From an uncultured bacterium (GTDB taxonomy: Bacteria > Oederibacteriota > Muellerivitia > Muellerivitales > Muellerivitaceae), in assembly GCA_964529445.1 (NCBI GenBank), contig CAZGWJ010000001.1:14863-78862 (forward strand): a DNA stretch of 64,000 nt, given 5' to 3'. Made by a program: the position numbers and the translations under genes. Within the stretch, counting starts at the first letter, position 1. Every line of letters starts with the position of its first letter. Positions 30,852 to 39,051 of the stretch are shown here, piece by piece. The notes under the pieces are model-generated. The model did not search any database. It saw nothing but the letters and a program-made list of their open reading frames with translations, and had not been told where the DNA came from.

Positions 30852-30904
30852 AGGGGACGTTGTCTCACCACCTTGTTGTGTCCGGTGGACGCTGTCTTAC
30901 CAGT

Positions 30905-30947
30905 ACCCAAAAGGCCCCCCGCTATGCGGCGGGGGGCCTTTTGGTTT
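30905..30947. terminator. Bidirectional intrinsic terminator-like hairpin
   Basis: cccaaaAGGCCCCCCGC-tatgcg-GCGGGGGGCCTTttggttt. It is flanked by an A-run and a T-run. Confidence 0.6.
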
Positions 30948-31128
30948 AAACAACGGATCTCACGAACCCCTCTCCCTTGATCCCTCCCCCGCGAGCAGAG
31001 GAGGGAGATGGTTTTTCCCTCGCCCGTTTACGGGAGAGGGCCGAGCCGCCCGAGGCCACCCGCCGAGGGCGAAGTTGGCTCGCACAGATTCAGGGAATCT
31101 GCGAAGGGAGAGGGGGCCAAGGCAGTGG

Positions 31129-32910
31129 TCAGCCCAGGCGTTTCCTCAGCGCCTCCATCTGGTCCTTCATCTTGGAAGGGAGACGATCGCCAAAGGTCGC
31201 GAAATACTTCTCCGCGTCGGCGAGGTCGCTCTTGAAGGATTCCTTGTTCACGCGCATCAGTTCCGCGTAGTCCTCCTTCGAGAGGTCCAGGCCCTTGAGG
31301 TCCAGGTCGCCTTCCCGGGGCATCCATCCGATGGGGGTCTTTTCCGCGTCCACCTTGCCCTCCACGCGCTCGCACATCCACTTCAGCACGCGGGCGTTCT
31401 CCCCGAAGCCGGGCCACAACCAGCGGCCCTGCCGGTCCTTTCGGAACCAGTTCACGTAGAAGCAGGTCGGGGCGTTCTCGCCGAGTTTCTCGCCCATGCG
31501 GAACCAGTGGGCGAGGTAATCGCCGGCGTGGTAACCGATGAAGGGGGTCATGGCGAAGGGGTCCCGGCGCAGTTTCTGGCCCACGTCCAGGGCCGCGGCC
31601 GTGGTCTCGGAGGCCGCCGTGGCACCCAGGAACACTCCGTGGTCGAAGTCGAACGCCTGGTGCACCAAGGGGATCGTCGTCGATCGGCGCCCGCCGAACA
31701 CGAAGATGTCGATGGGAACGCCGTTCGGGTCCTCCCAGTCGGGGCAGATGACCGGGCATTGCGAGGCGGGCGCCGTGAATCGCGCGTTGGCGTGCGCCGC
31801 CGGCTCCTTGCAGGCCGGCGTCCACTCGTTGCCCTTCCAGTCGATGGCGTGCTCGCAGGCGGCATCGTGCCCCTCCCACCAGACGTCCCCATCGTCCGTG
31901 AGGGCGCAGTTGGTGAAGATGGTGTTCCTCTCGGCCGAACGCATGGCCATGGGGTTCGACTTCATCGAGGTGCCGGGCGCCACACCGAAGAAGCCGGCCT
32001 CGGGATTGATGGCGTAGAGGCGGCCGTCAGGGCCGATCTTCATCCAGGCGATGTCGTCCCCGATGCATTCGGCCTTCCATCCGGGGATCGTGGGGGTCAG
32101 CATGGCGAGGTTGGTCTTGCCGCAGGCCGAGGGGAAAGCCGCGGCAATATGGAACCGGCGTCCCTCGGGGTTCGTGAGGCGCAGGATGAGCATGTGCTCG
32201 GCGAGCCAGCCCTCCTGACGACCCATGAAGGACGCGATGCGAAGGGCCAGGCACTTCTTGCCGAGAAGCGCGTTGCCCCCGTAGCCGGAACCGTAGGACC
32301 AGATGAGTGTTTCCTCGGGAAAGTGCGCGATGTACTTCTGCTCGATGGGGGCGCAGGGCCAGGGCTTGTCCTTCTGCCCGGCGGCCAGGGGAGCCCCGAT
32401 GGAGTGGAGACAGGGGACGAACTCGCCGTCCGAACCCAGGGTTTCCAGGACTTTCTTCCCGACGCGGGTCATGATGTGCATGTTGACGACGACGTAGGCC
32501 GAGTCGGTGATCTCCACGCCGATCTTGGCGATAGGACTGCCGATGGGTCCCATGGAGAAGGGAATGACGTACATCGTGCGGCCCCTCATGCATCCGTCGT
32601 AGAGCTGGCGCATGGTTTTTTTGAGCTCTCCGGGGTCGATCCAGTTGTTCGTGGGGCCCGCGTCCTCCTGCTTCCGGGAGGCGATATAGGTGCGGTTCTC
32701 CACACGGGCCACATCGGAAGGGTCCGAACGGAACAGGAAACTGTTCGGCCTCTTGCGCACGTTCAGGCGGGTCGCGGCGCCGGTAGCGACCATTTCCTCC
32801 AGCAACCGGTCGTATTCGTCCCTGGACCCGTCGGCCCAGACGACACGGTCGGGTTTGCAGAGGGTCTTGATCTCCTCCACCCAGGCGAGAAGTTTCTTGT
32901 GTTCCGTCAT
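31129..32910 (-). CDS. pckG: Phosphoenolpyruvate carboxykinase (GTP)
   Basis: 593 aa, [36 protein letters not shown]..., typical GTP-PEPCK. Confidence 0.95.
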   Translation of the reverse strand: MTEHKKLLAWVEEIKTLCKPDRVVWADGSRDEYDRLLEEMVATGAATRLNVRKRPNSFLFRSDPSDVARVENRTYIASRKQEDAGPTNNWIDPGELKKTMRQLYDGCMRGRTMYVIPFSMGPIGSPIAKIGVEITDSAYVVVNMHIMTRVGKKVLETLGSDGEFVPCLHSIGAPLAAGQKDKPWPCAPIEQKYIAHFPEETLIWSYGSGYGGNALLGKKCLALRIASFMGRQEGWLAEHMLILRLTNPEGRRFHIAAAFPSACGKTNLAMLTPTIPGWKAECIGDDIAWMKIGPDGRLYAINPEAGFFGVAPGTSMKSNPMAMRSAERNTIFTNCALTDDGDVWWEGHDAACEHAIDWKGNEWTPACKEPAAHANARFTAPASQCPVICPDWEDPNGVPIDIFVFGGRRSTTIPLVHQAFDFDHGVFLGATAASETTAAALDVGQKLRRDPFAMTPFIGYHAGDYLAHWFRMGEKLGENAPTCFYVNWFRKDRQGRWLWPGFGENARVLKWMCERVEGKVDAEKTPIGWMPREGDLDLKGLDLSKEDYAELMRVNKESFKSDLADAEKYFATFGDRLPSKMKDQMEALRKRLG

Positions 32911-33146
32911 GACGCTCCTCCTTCAAGAAGGCCCGAAGCCCTCTATATTCCCCGTGGCAACCCGCCCGGGGTTGGGCGAGAGTTTAACAACGCAGGCAAG
33001 CAATAACAACAAATATCCCCCGTTTTTCGAGTCCTGCGCTTTCGGGGGGGCCGATGGGGGAAGGATTCTTCGGGCTGGGCGTTATGGGTGTGAAAGGTTT
33101 GAAAAGTGTGAAGGTGTGAAAGGGCAGGAAAAAGATGAACTTTTGG

Positions 33147-33192
33147 GTTGTTCTCCGCGTCTCTGCGTTTCCGCGGTTCCCGTTCCTGTGTT
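33147..33192. repeat. Dispersed CTCTGCG-decamer element, abutting the stop of the 564-aa gene
   Basis: gttgttctccgcgtctctgcgtttccgcggttcccgttcctgtgtt. Confidence 0.65.
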
Positions 33193-34887
33193 TTACGCCT
33201 TCATCTTGCGGAGGAACTCGAAGTTGCTCAGCCGGATCTCCGGGAAGCCCTGGGCGTCTGTGACGAGCCGCCCCCGGGAGTCGCGCGACACCATGACATG
33301 GTTGCCCCGAAGGTTCAGGTCCTCCACCCCCACGGCGGCCAATTTCCGGCGGGTCCGGTCCAGCAGGGCGAAGTACATGTCCTTGTCGATGAGGTTCTCC
33401 TTGTAGGCGCGCAGGGCGTCGATGCCCTCGTAGTAGTCGCCGTCCTGGTCGGCCAGCTTCTCGTCGGGTCCGTTCCAGTAGCCCCAGATGATGATGTAGT
33501 CGCGATTGGGCTTGAGGACGGGCTCCCCGTCGGGCGTGACGAGCACCTCGTGGGAATGGTACCGGGAACCGTCGAAGACGCTTCGGGAGATCTCGGTGGC
33601 GCTGTCGGACATGTAGATGGCGCGGGGATAGATGCAGGCCACGCCCCGCTGGGCCAGTTCCACGGCCAGGGAGACCTCCTCGAAGGGGCTGTTGTACCCG
33701 TGGGACAGGATCTTCTGCTCGTCCTCGCGGAAGGGGTCCATGTCGGGCTGTTGGCCCACGCGGGAGGCCTGCAGGACCAGGTGGATGCCGTCCTTGGTGA
33801 TGGTGTGGTACATCTCGCTGTAGACAGAGATCTTCGTCTTGGGGAAGTGCCGCCAGCGCTCGGGGAGGAAGTAGTCGTAGAGGACGGGGTCCTTCCCGAC
33901 GACCCAGAGGCGGCCCTTCACGCTCTCCACGCGTCCGTACACGTAATCCACCCCCAGCAGGTTGACGGCGTGCAGGCTGGATTCGGGGTTCTCCTCCGTC
34001 CGGACCTTGAAACGGTCCCGCTGGCGCTTCAGGTATTCCTGGCGCTTCTGCTGGCGCACGCGCTCCTCGTTGGAGAGGGTGCGCTCCAGGAGCTCGAAGT
34101 CCACGAGGGCGTAGAGGGTGCGCCCGTCGCGGGTGCGGGCCAGGGTGCGCTCCGATTCGGGCCGGACGATGATATGGTCCGGCTTGTTGTCCCGGACCTT
34201 GAAACCGGCGTCTTCCATGACCTGTTGGGCGTCCAGGGCCAGGCCTTTCATGTTCTCGCGGCTGATGATGCCGGCCGTGAAGGCCTGGTGGGCGTCGATG
34301 CCCTTGATCCACTCGTACACCACGGCGTAGAGGCGGTGCATGTCGAGGGTCACCTCGTCGTGCGAGCGCAGTTTCGAGAGCATCTTGTGTTCCTTGCGGC
34401 CGCTCTGCCAAAGGTCAACGGTCGCGGAGGCCACGAAGATGGCCAGCGGCTTCTGGACCACGATGCGCCGTCCCGAGTGGTAGAGCTTGTTGCGAAGCTC
34501 CTTGAGCAGGGAGAACTCCTCGAAGGGACTGTTGAAGGCCGCGCCCTCCAGCACGTCCAGTTCCTCAGCGCCGGGGATGTCCTGGCCCATGCGGTTCCAC
34601 TTCATCACGATGTCCTTGGAATGCCCGTTCACGGATTTGGTCCGGATCTTGTAGATGGAACTGGTGCCGGAAAGTCGCGTCGAATGCGATTCGAACCAGT
34701 CACGATCCAGCCAGTAGTTGGAAGGATCCAGCAGGTCCAGGAAGGGAAGGCCTTCCGCCGTGACATAAAGCTCGCCCGTGTCGAGGGTCAGGTGGGCATA
34801 CTCGACGCCCAGGACCTTGGTGATGCGGTTCTTTTTCCGGTCCTTGACGCCCTTGTGCCAGGTTTTCAGTTGGGAGGAAGGCGGCAT
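33193..34887 (-). CDS. Hypothetical 564-aa protein made of two homologous halves, each with atypical-kinase-like motifs (RIO/Kdo/APH-like fold suspected)
   Basis: Duplicated segments AAFNSPFEEFSLLKELRNK / GYNSPFEEVSLAVELAQRG. Half 1 has IVMKW, the hinge-like YEWIKG, DHIIVRP and LVDFELL. Half 2 has YIIIWGYW, GNHVMVSRD and IRLSNFEFL. Balanced composition, so the real strand is minus. Confidence 0.7.
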   Translation of the reverse strand: MPPSSQLKTWHKGVKDRKKNRITKVLGVEYAHLTLDTGELYVTAEGLPFLDLLDPSNYWLDRDWFESHSTRLSGTSSIYKIRTKSVNGHSKDIVMKWNRMGQDIPGAEELDVLEGAAFNSPFEEFSLLKELRNKLYHSGRRIVVQKPLAIFVASATVDLWQSGRKEHKMLSKLRSHDEVTLDMHRLYAVVYEWIKGIDAHQAFTAGIISRENMKGLALDAQQVMEDAGFKVRDNKPDHIIVRPESERTLARTRDGRTLYALVDFELLERTLSNEERVRQQKRQEYLKRQRDRFKVRTEENPESSLHAVNLLGVDYVYGRVESVKGRLWVVGKDPVLYDYFLPERWRHFPKTKISVYSEMYHTITKDGIHLVLQASRVGQQPDMDPFREDEQKILSHGYNSPFEEVSLAVELAQRGVACIYPRAIYMSDSATEISRSVFDGSRYHSHEVLVTPDGEPVLKPNRDYIIIWGYWNGPDEKLADQDGDYYEGIDALRAYKENLIDKDMYFALLDRTRRKLAAVGVEDLNLRGNHVMVSRDSRGRLVTDAQGFPEIRLSNFEFLRKMKA

Positions 34888-35035
34888 GGTCCCTCGTTGC
34901 GACGAACGGTTGGCTGATTATACACCGGGGTTAAAAAAGGAGGGCGGCTGAACACCCACAATTACCGCAGAGTCACAGAGGCCTGTCGATCGAGGAAGGA
35001 TCATCATGCCGTCAGAAGAAGTAAGATCTCTGTGT

Positions 35036-35085
35036 CTGAGCGCTTCTGCGGTTCTCGTTGCCGTTCCGCGGTCGTATCGGAATCC
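35036..35085. repeat. Dispersed CTCTGCG-decamer element
   Basis: atctctgtgtctgagcgcttctgcggttctcgttgccgttccgcggtcgt. Confidence 0.6.
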
Positions 35086-35116
35086 ATCCCCTCCATCGGT
35101 GGTTAAAATGGCTTGA

Positions 35117-35165
35117 GTTGTTCTCTGCGGCTCTGCGCCTCTGCGGTTCCCGTTTTCGTGTTGTC
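35117..35165. repeat. Dispersed CTCTGCG-decamer element (three tandem units), abutting the queD stop
   Basis: gttgttctctgcggctctgcgcctctgcggttcccgttttcgtgttgtc. Confidence 0.65.
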
Positions 35166-35169
35166 GGGA

Positions 35170-35640
35170 TTAGTTTCCGCCGCGGTAGGTGACCGAACTC
35201 GAATCCGACTCCCACAGCGTCATCTCGACCGGCGTCACGCCCTCCTTCTTCAGCCGGGGGGCGAGGCGTTTCCAGAGGTCGCGAATGATGTTCTCGGCGG
35301 TGGGCTGGAGGGTGGGCGTCGAGCGGAACGGCTCCACCTCCTGGTTGATGAAGCGGTGGTCGTAGCGGGAACGGACCTCCGAATCCAGGATCTCCTTCAG
35401 GCGCCGGAAATCCACGACAAAACCGGTGTCGCTCTTCACGGGTCCCTTCGCGGTCACGCGGAGGCGGTAGGAGTGGCCATGGGGAAATTCCGCGGCCCTC
35501 GGGTCGTCGGCACGATAGCCCGAGCAACGTCCGAAGACCGACAGGTTCCTCTCGCGGCTCCAGGCGGGGTTGTGGAGGTAGTGGGCCGCCTCGAACGCGA
35601 CCTCTTTGGATATCTCGACTAATTCTTTAGACACGGACAA
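35170..35640 (-). CDS. queD: 6-carboxy-5,6,7,8-tetrahydropterin synthase / 6-pyruvoyl-tetrahydropterin synthase family
   Basis: FEAAHYLHNP...CSGYRADDP...HGHSY, with the Zn-ligand His/Cys pattern of PTPS/QueD. Confidence 0.8.
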   Translation of the reverse strand: MSVSKELVEISKEVAFEAAHYLHNPAWSRERNLSVFGRCSGYRADDPRAAEFPHGHSYRLRVTAKGPVKSDTGFVVDFRRLKEILDSEVRSRYDHRFINQEVEPFRSTPTLQPTAENIIRDLWKRLAPRLKKEGVTPVEMTLWESDSSSVTYRGGN

Positions 35641-35646
35641 TCTCCT

Positions 35647-35685
35647 TACCGCAGAGAACGCAGGGATCGCAGGGAACAGCTAAGA
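35647..35685. repeat. Dispersed CTCTGCG-decamer element (inverted orientation)
   Basis: accgcagagaacgcagggatcgcagggaacagctaagaccc. Confidence 0.6.
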
Positions 35686-35748
35686 CCCTAAGTCGGGAAA
35701 TGCATTCCCGCAAGTGCCTTTTAACTGCGATCAATGATGGAACCCTAT

Positions 35749-35783
35749 AGGGTCGTTCTCTGCGAACTCTGCGTACCCTGCGG
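35749..35783. repeat. Dispersed CTCTGCG-decamer element, abutting the nadE stop
   Basis: gggtcgttctctgcgaactctgcgtaccctgcggt. Confidence 0.6.
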
Positions 35784-37466
35784 TTAATCCTCGGTGAAGC
35801 GCTGCGCGAGGGGCATCCGACGGCCGATGCCGAAGGCCTTCGGGGTCACCTTCAGCCCGGGCGCCATCTGGCGTCTCTTGTATTCGTTGCCCGACACCAT
35901 GCGAACGACCTTCTCCACCACCGATCGCTTGAATCCGGCTTTCACGATGCGGGAGGCTTCCCAATGGTCCTCCACGTAGTGCTTGAGGATGGCGTCCAGC
36001 GTGTCATAGGGAGGCAGGGTGTCCTGGTCGGTCTGGTGGGGCCTGAGTTCCGCCGAGGGGGCTTTCCTGAAGACGGCTTCGGGGATGAGCCGCCGGTGGC
36101 GGTTGGCGTAGCGGGCGAGGGCGTACACCTGGTGCTTGGGAAGGTCCGAGATGACGGCGAGACCGCCGCACATGTCGCCGTAAAGGGTGCTGTAACCGAC
36201 GGCCAGTTCGCTCTTGTTGCCCGTGGAGAGGACGAGACGGCCGAACTTGTTGGAGAGGGACATGAGGAAGAGGCCGCGCAGGCGGGCTTGCGCGTTCTCC
36301 TCGGCCAGTCCGGGTTTCGTGCCCCGGAAGGCGGGAGCGAGGGAGGAAAGGGCCGCGCGGAAGGACCTCGTGATGGGAAGGACCCGGAAGTCGATCCCGA
36401 GGGCTTGGGCGAGGGTTTCGGAATCCTTCACGCTGCCCCGCGAGGAGTAGGGTGAGGGCATCGTGACGCCCATGACGTTCTCCCTGCCCAGGGCCTCGAC
36501 GGCGAGACAGGCCACGAGGGCCGAGTCGATCCCTCCCGAGAGGCCGATGAGCACCCGCGAGAAGCCGCATTTGTTCACGTAATCGCGGGTGCCTAAAACC
36601 AGGGCGCGGAACTGGGCTTCGACGATGGTGGAGGAGGACGGCCGGACGTCGAGCCGCGGGCGGGACGGATCGAAGACCAGAAGGTCCTCCGCGAAGTCGA
36701 GGGCGCGGGCCAGAAGGCGGCCCCTCGCGTCCACGGCCATCGAGGCGCCGTCGAACACGAGGTCGTCGTTACCGCCCACCAGGTTGCAGTACAGGACGGG
36801 GCATCTCAGGCGACGGGCCGCGGTCGCGAGGACGGCCTGTCGCTGGGCGAGCTTGTCGCGGTGGAAGGGGGAAGCCGAGAGGTTCAGCACCAGGTCGGGA
36901 CGGTGGGCCGCCAGTTCCCGGACGGGGTCGCGGTCGTAGAGGGGGCGGCGGTTTCGCCGGGGATTCGCGTTCCAAAGGTCCTCGCAGATGGTGACCCCGA
37001 TCCGAAGGCCATCCAGACGATACGGCGGTGCCAACCGGGGCGCCGGCTCGAAGTAACGGTCCTCGTCGAAGACGTCGTAGTTGGGGAGCAGGACCTTCCG
37101 ATCGACATGGAGGATACGGCCGTCCTTCACCGTGAGAGCCGCGTTGTGGAGGTGCTTGCCGGTATTCCGGTTGGGAAGCACGGTCCCCACGACGGCCGCG
37201 ATGCCGCGGGCCGAGCGTGCCACCCGCTTCAGGGACTTATCGGCGGCCTTCAGGAAAGCGGGGCGCTCCAGCAGGTCGCGGGGGGGATAGCCGGTGAGCG
37301 TGAGCTCGGGAAAGATCGCGAGGCCGCAATCGGCCGCCCGGGCGCGTTCAAGGGAGCGTTCGATCTTGAGGGCGTTTCCCTCAAAGTCCCCGATGGTGGT
37401 GTTGATTTGACATAAAGCTATCTTCAAGTCAGGATGTCCGTCCGGGTTTCGTCGATGTTTCGTCAC
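35784..37466 (-). CDS. nadE: Glutamine-dependent NAD+ synthetase
   Basis: 560 aa. N-terminal CN-hydrolase domain (LKIALCQINTTIGDFEGN) plus C-terminal NAD synthetase domain (GLSGGIDSALVA P-loop). Confidence 0.95.
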   Translation of the reverse strand: MTKHRRNPDGHPDLKIALCQINTTIGDFEGNALKIERSLERARAADCGLAIFPELTLTGYPPRDLLERPAFLKAADKSLKRVARSARGIAAVVGTVLPNRNTGKHLHNAALTVKDGRILHVDRKVLLPNYDVFDEDRYFEPAPRLAPPYRLDGLRIGVTICEDLWNANPRRNRRPLYDRDPVRELAAHRPDLVLNLSASPFHRDKLAQRQAVLATAARRLRCPVLYCNLVGGNDDLVFDGASMAVDARGRLLARALDFAEDLLVFDPSRPRLDVRPSSSTIVEAQFRALVLGTRDYVNKCGFSRVLIGLSGGIDSALVACLAVEALGRENVMGVTMPSPYSSRGSVKDSETLAQALGIDFRVLPITRSFRAALSSLAPAFRGTKPGLAEENAQARLRGLFLMSLSNKFGRLVLSTGNKSELAVGYSTLYGDMCGGLAVISDLPKHQVYALARYANRHRRLIPEAVFRKAPSAELRPHQTDQDTLPPYDTLDAILKHYVEDHWEASRIVKAGFKRSVVEKVVRMVSGNEYKRRQMAPGLKVTPKAFGIGRRMPLAQRFTED

Positions 37467-37500
37467 CCTTGAGATTCGTTCTTGGTGTCTTCGTGCCTTC

Positions 37501-38118
37501 GTGGTGAACGATGCGGTAATGGGAGAGTCTAAAGTGAAGTGCCCGGATTGTCAAAAACTCGATGATTCGCCACGTTGGCGGCGCCTTGGAGCCAAGCTCC
37601 GTGGCGGTTCTCGCCTGGTCGTCGGCGTCCTGGCCGACACGCAGGGAACACTCTCGATGGCCCAGTTGGATTCCGTCAAACGCGCCTTCAAGGGAGCCGA
37701 CGCGATCCTTCATGCAGGGGGCATCGGGGACGTCCGGGTTCTCGAGCAGTTGGAGCCCATGGCGCCCGTCTTCGCCGTGAACGGCAACCAGGACGACCAG
37801 GTCGTGAAATACGAGGTGTTGCAGAAGGTGGTGCTGAACTTCGGACCCGTCCGGTTGGGCCTCACCCATGGTTACGGCAAGCCGCACGGTTTGAAGGCCC
37901 GGCTCCTGAAGGAGTTCGAGGGAGCGGGCGTTTCGCTCATCGTTTACGGGCGCAATTTCGAGCCTACCGCCATGCAGGCGGGGGACGTGTTCTTCTTCAA
38001 TCCGGGTTCCATCTCGGGAACGAGACCGGAGGGGAAGAAGGGCACCGACCGTCCACGTGTTGGGTTACTCTACTTGCAAGGTCAGTGTATTGAGGGTCAG
38101 CCGGGAATACCCCTGTAA
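37501..38118 (+). CDS. YfcE/MJ0936-type metallophosphoesterase. Start uncertain.
   Basis: VGVLADTQGT ... VNGNQDD ... GLTHGYG ... GRNFEP resemble the calcineurin-like motifs. The N-terminal 40 aa are uncertain. Confidence 0.65.
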   Translation: MVNDAVMGESKVKCPDCQKLDDSPRWRRLGAKLRGGSRLVVGVLADTQGTLSMAQLDSVKRAFKGADAILHAGGIGDVRVLEQLEPMAPVFAVNGNQDDQVVKYEVLQKVVLNFGPVRLGLTHGYGKPHGLKARLLKEFEGAGVSLIVYGRNFEPTAMQAGDVFFFNPGSISGTRPEGKKGTDRPRVGLLYLQGQCIEGQPGIPL

Positions 38119-38174
38119 AGAAAGTTAGGAGTTAGGAGTTAGGAGTCGTTGACAAAACAAAGAAGTGCTTATTG

Positions 38175-38230
38175 GTGGCGCCCGTAGGGCGCTGGTGGTG
38201 CCTCGAAGAGGCACTGGTGGTGAAAGAGGT
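38175..38230 (+). promoter_or_regulatory. Tandem GC hairpins GGYGCC-loop-GGCRC-TGGTG in the 5' leader of the lipoate-ligase-like gene. A related copy is at 61869..61905 upstream of mfd.
   Basis: ggtggcgcccgtagggcgctggtg + gtgcctcgaagaggcactggtggtgaaagagg. Copy 2 reads cgtggcgcctcgaagaggcgctcgtggtgaacaagg. Confidence 0.45.
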
Positions 38231-38284
38231 GACTCCGTGATCTGGAAGTTGTTGCCATCGTCATCTAAACCTACAAAATCACAG

Positions 38285-38914
38285 ATGGAGTGGGACGCCG
38301 CCCTCTTCCACTCCTTCAAGAAGGGCGATGCACCCATCCTGCGCTTCTTCTCGTTCTCCCATCCCACCCTCACCTTGGGCCGCCTTGAGGCCAATCGCAT
38401 CGAACTCAACGCCCTTCCTTATCCCTATGAAGTGCGCCCTACGGGGGGGCGGGCCGTCTTCCACTCCGAGGCCGATCTCTGCTACGCCGTCATCGCGTCG
38501 ACCGACGACCCCCTCGTGGGGGGCCGACTGCCCGAGAGCTACCGGAAGATCAGCACCCTGATCGCTAAGGGTCTTGCCGCCCTGGGGCGCCCGGTGGCTC
38601 TCTCCGACTCGCCCCACAAGGGCCGCGGACCGGGCCATTGCTTCTCGGCGCCCACCCAGGCGGAACTGCTCATGGACGGCCGCAAGGTGGCGGGCGGGGC
38701 CCAGGCCCGGGAGGGGGATGTCCTCTTGCAACAGGGGGTCATTCTCCTTAACGTGGGAGAGGGTTGGCGAGGGCTGCTTGGTGAGACCGACCCGGAGAAG
38801 TTGATGATCGGCCTCAACGACGAGGGGCGGGAACCGGTTCTCGCGGCCGCCGACGTCGAACGCGCCGTGATCCAGGCTTTCGTTTCCAACGGTGTGAGTT
38901 TTGATATAACGTAG
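38285..38914 (+). CDS. Lipoate/octanoate-protein ligase family protein (BPL_LplA_LipB catalytic domain, LipM/LipB-like)
   Basis: MEWDAALFHSFKKGDAPILRFFSFSHPTLTLGR..., with the conserved catalytic lysine context LMDGRKVAGGAQ. Confidence 0.7.
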   Translation: MEWDAALFHSFKKGDAPILRFFSFSHPTLTLGRLEANRIELNALPYPYEVRPTGGRAVFHSEADLCYAVIASTDDPLVGGRLPESYRKISTLIAKGLAALGRPVALSDSPHKGRGPGHCFSAPTQAELLMDGRKVAGGAQAREGDVLLQQGVILLNVGEGWRGLLGETDPEKLMIGLNDEGREPVLAAADVERAVIQAFVSNGVSFDIT

Positions 38915-38929
38915 AAGCCGGAACAACAA

Positions 38930-38975
38930 CGCTCACCGCAGAGGACGCGGGGAACACAGAGAACGACTTTTTGGG
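38930..38975. repeat. Dispersed CTCTGCG-decamer element (inverted)
   Basis: cgctcaccgcagaggacgcggggaacacagagaacgactttttgg. Confidence 0.6.
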
Positions 38976-39007
38976 TTTTGGAAGTTGAGTCACCCTCGAT
39001 CGTCTTT

Positions 39008-39036
39008 CCCTGTGACCTCTGCGTTCTCTGCGGTCC
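39008..39036. repeat. Dispersed CTCTGCG-decamer element upstream of the Lpd-like gene
   Basis: cccctgtgacctctgcgttctctgcggtc. Confidence 0.6.
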
Positions 39037-39051
39037 ATGTGAGGTGTATTC

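Noticed and set aside
31075-33006. 643-aa plus-strand ORF and the 299-aa minus-strand ORF inside pckG
   Set aside because: Shadow frames of pckG.
33148-34917. 589-aa plus-strand ORF
   Set aside because: Antisense to the 564-aa duplicated protein gene. Val/Gly/Leu/Asp/His-biased.
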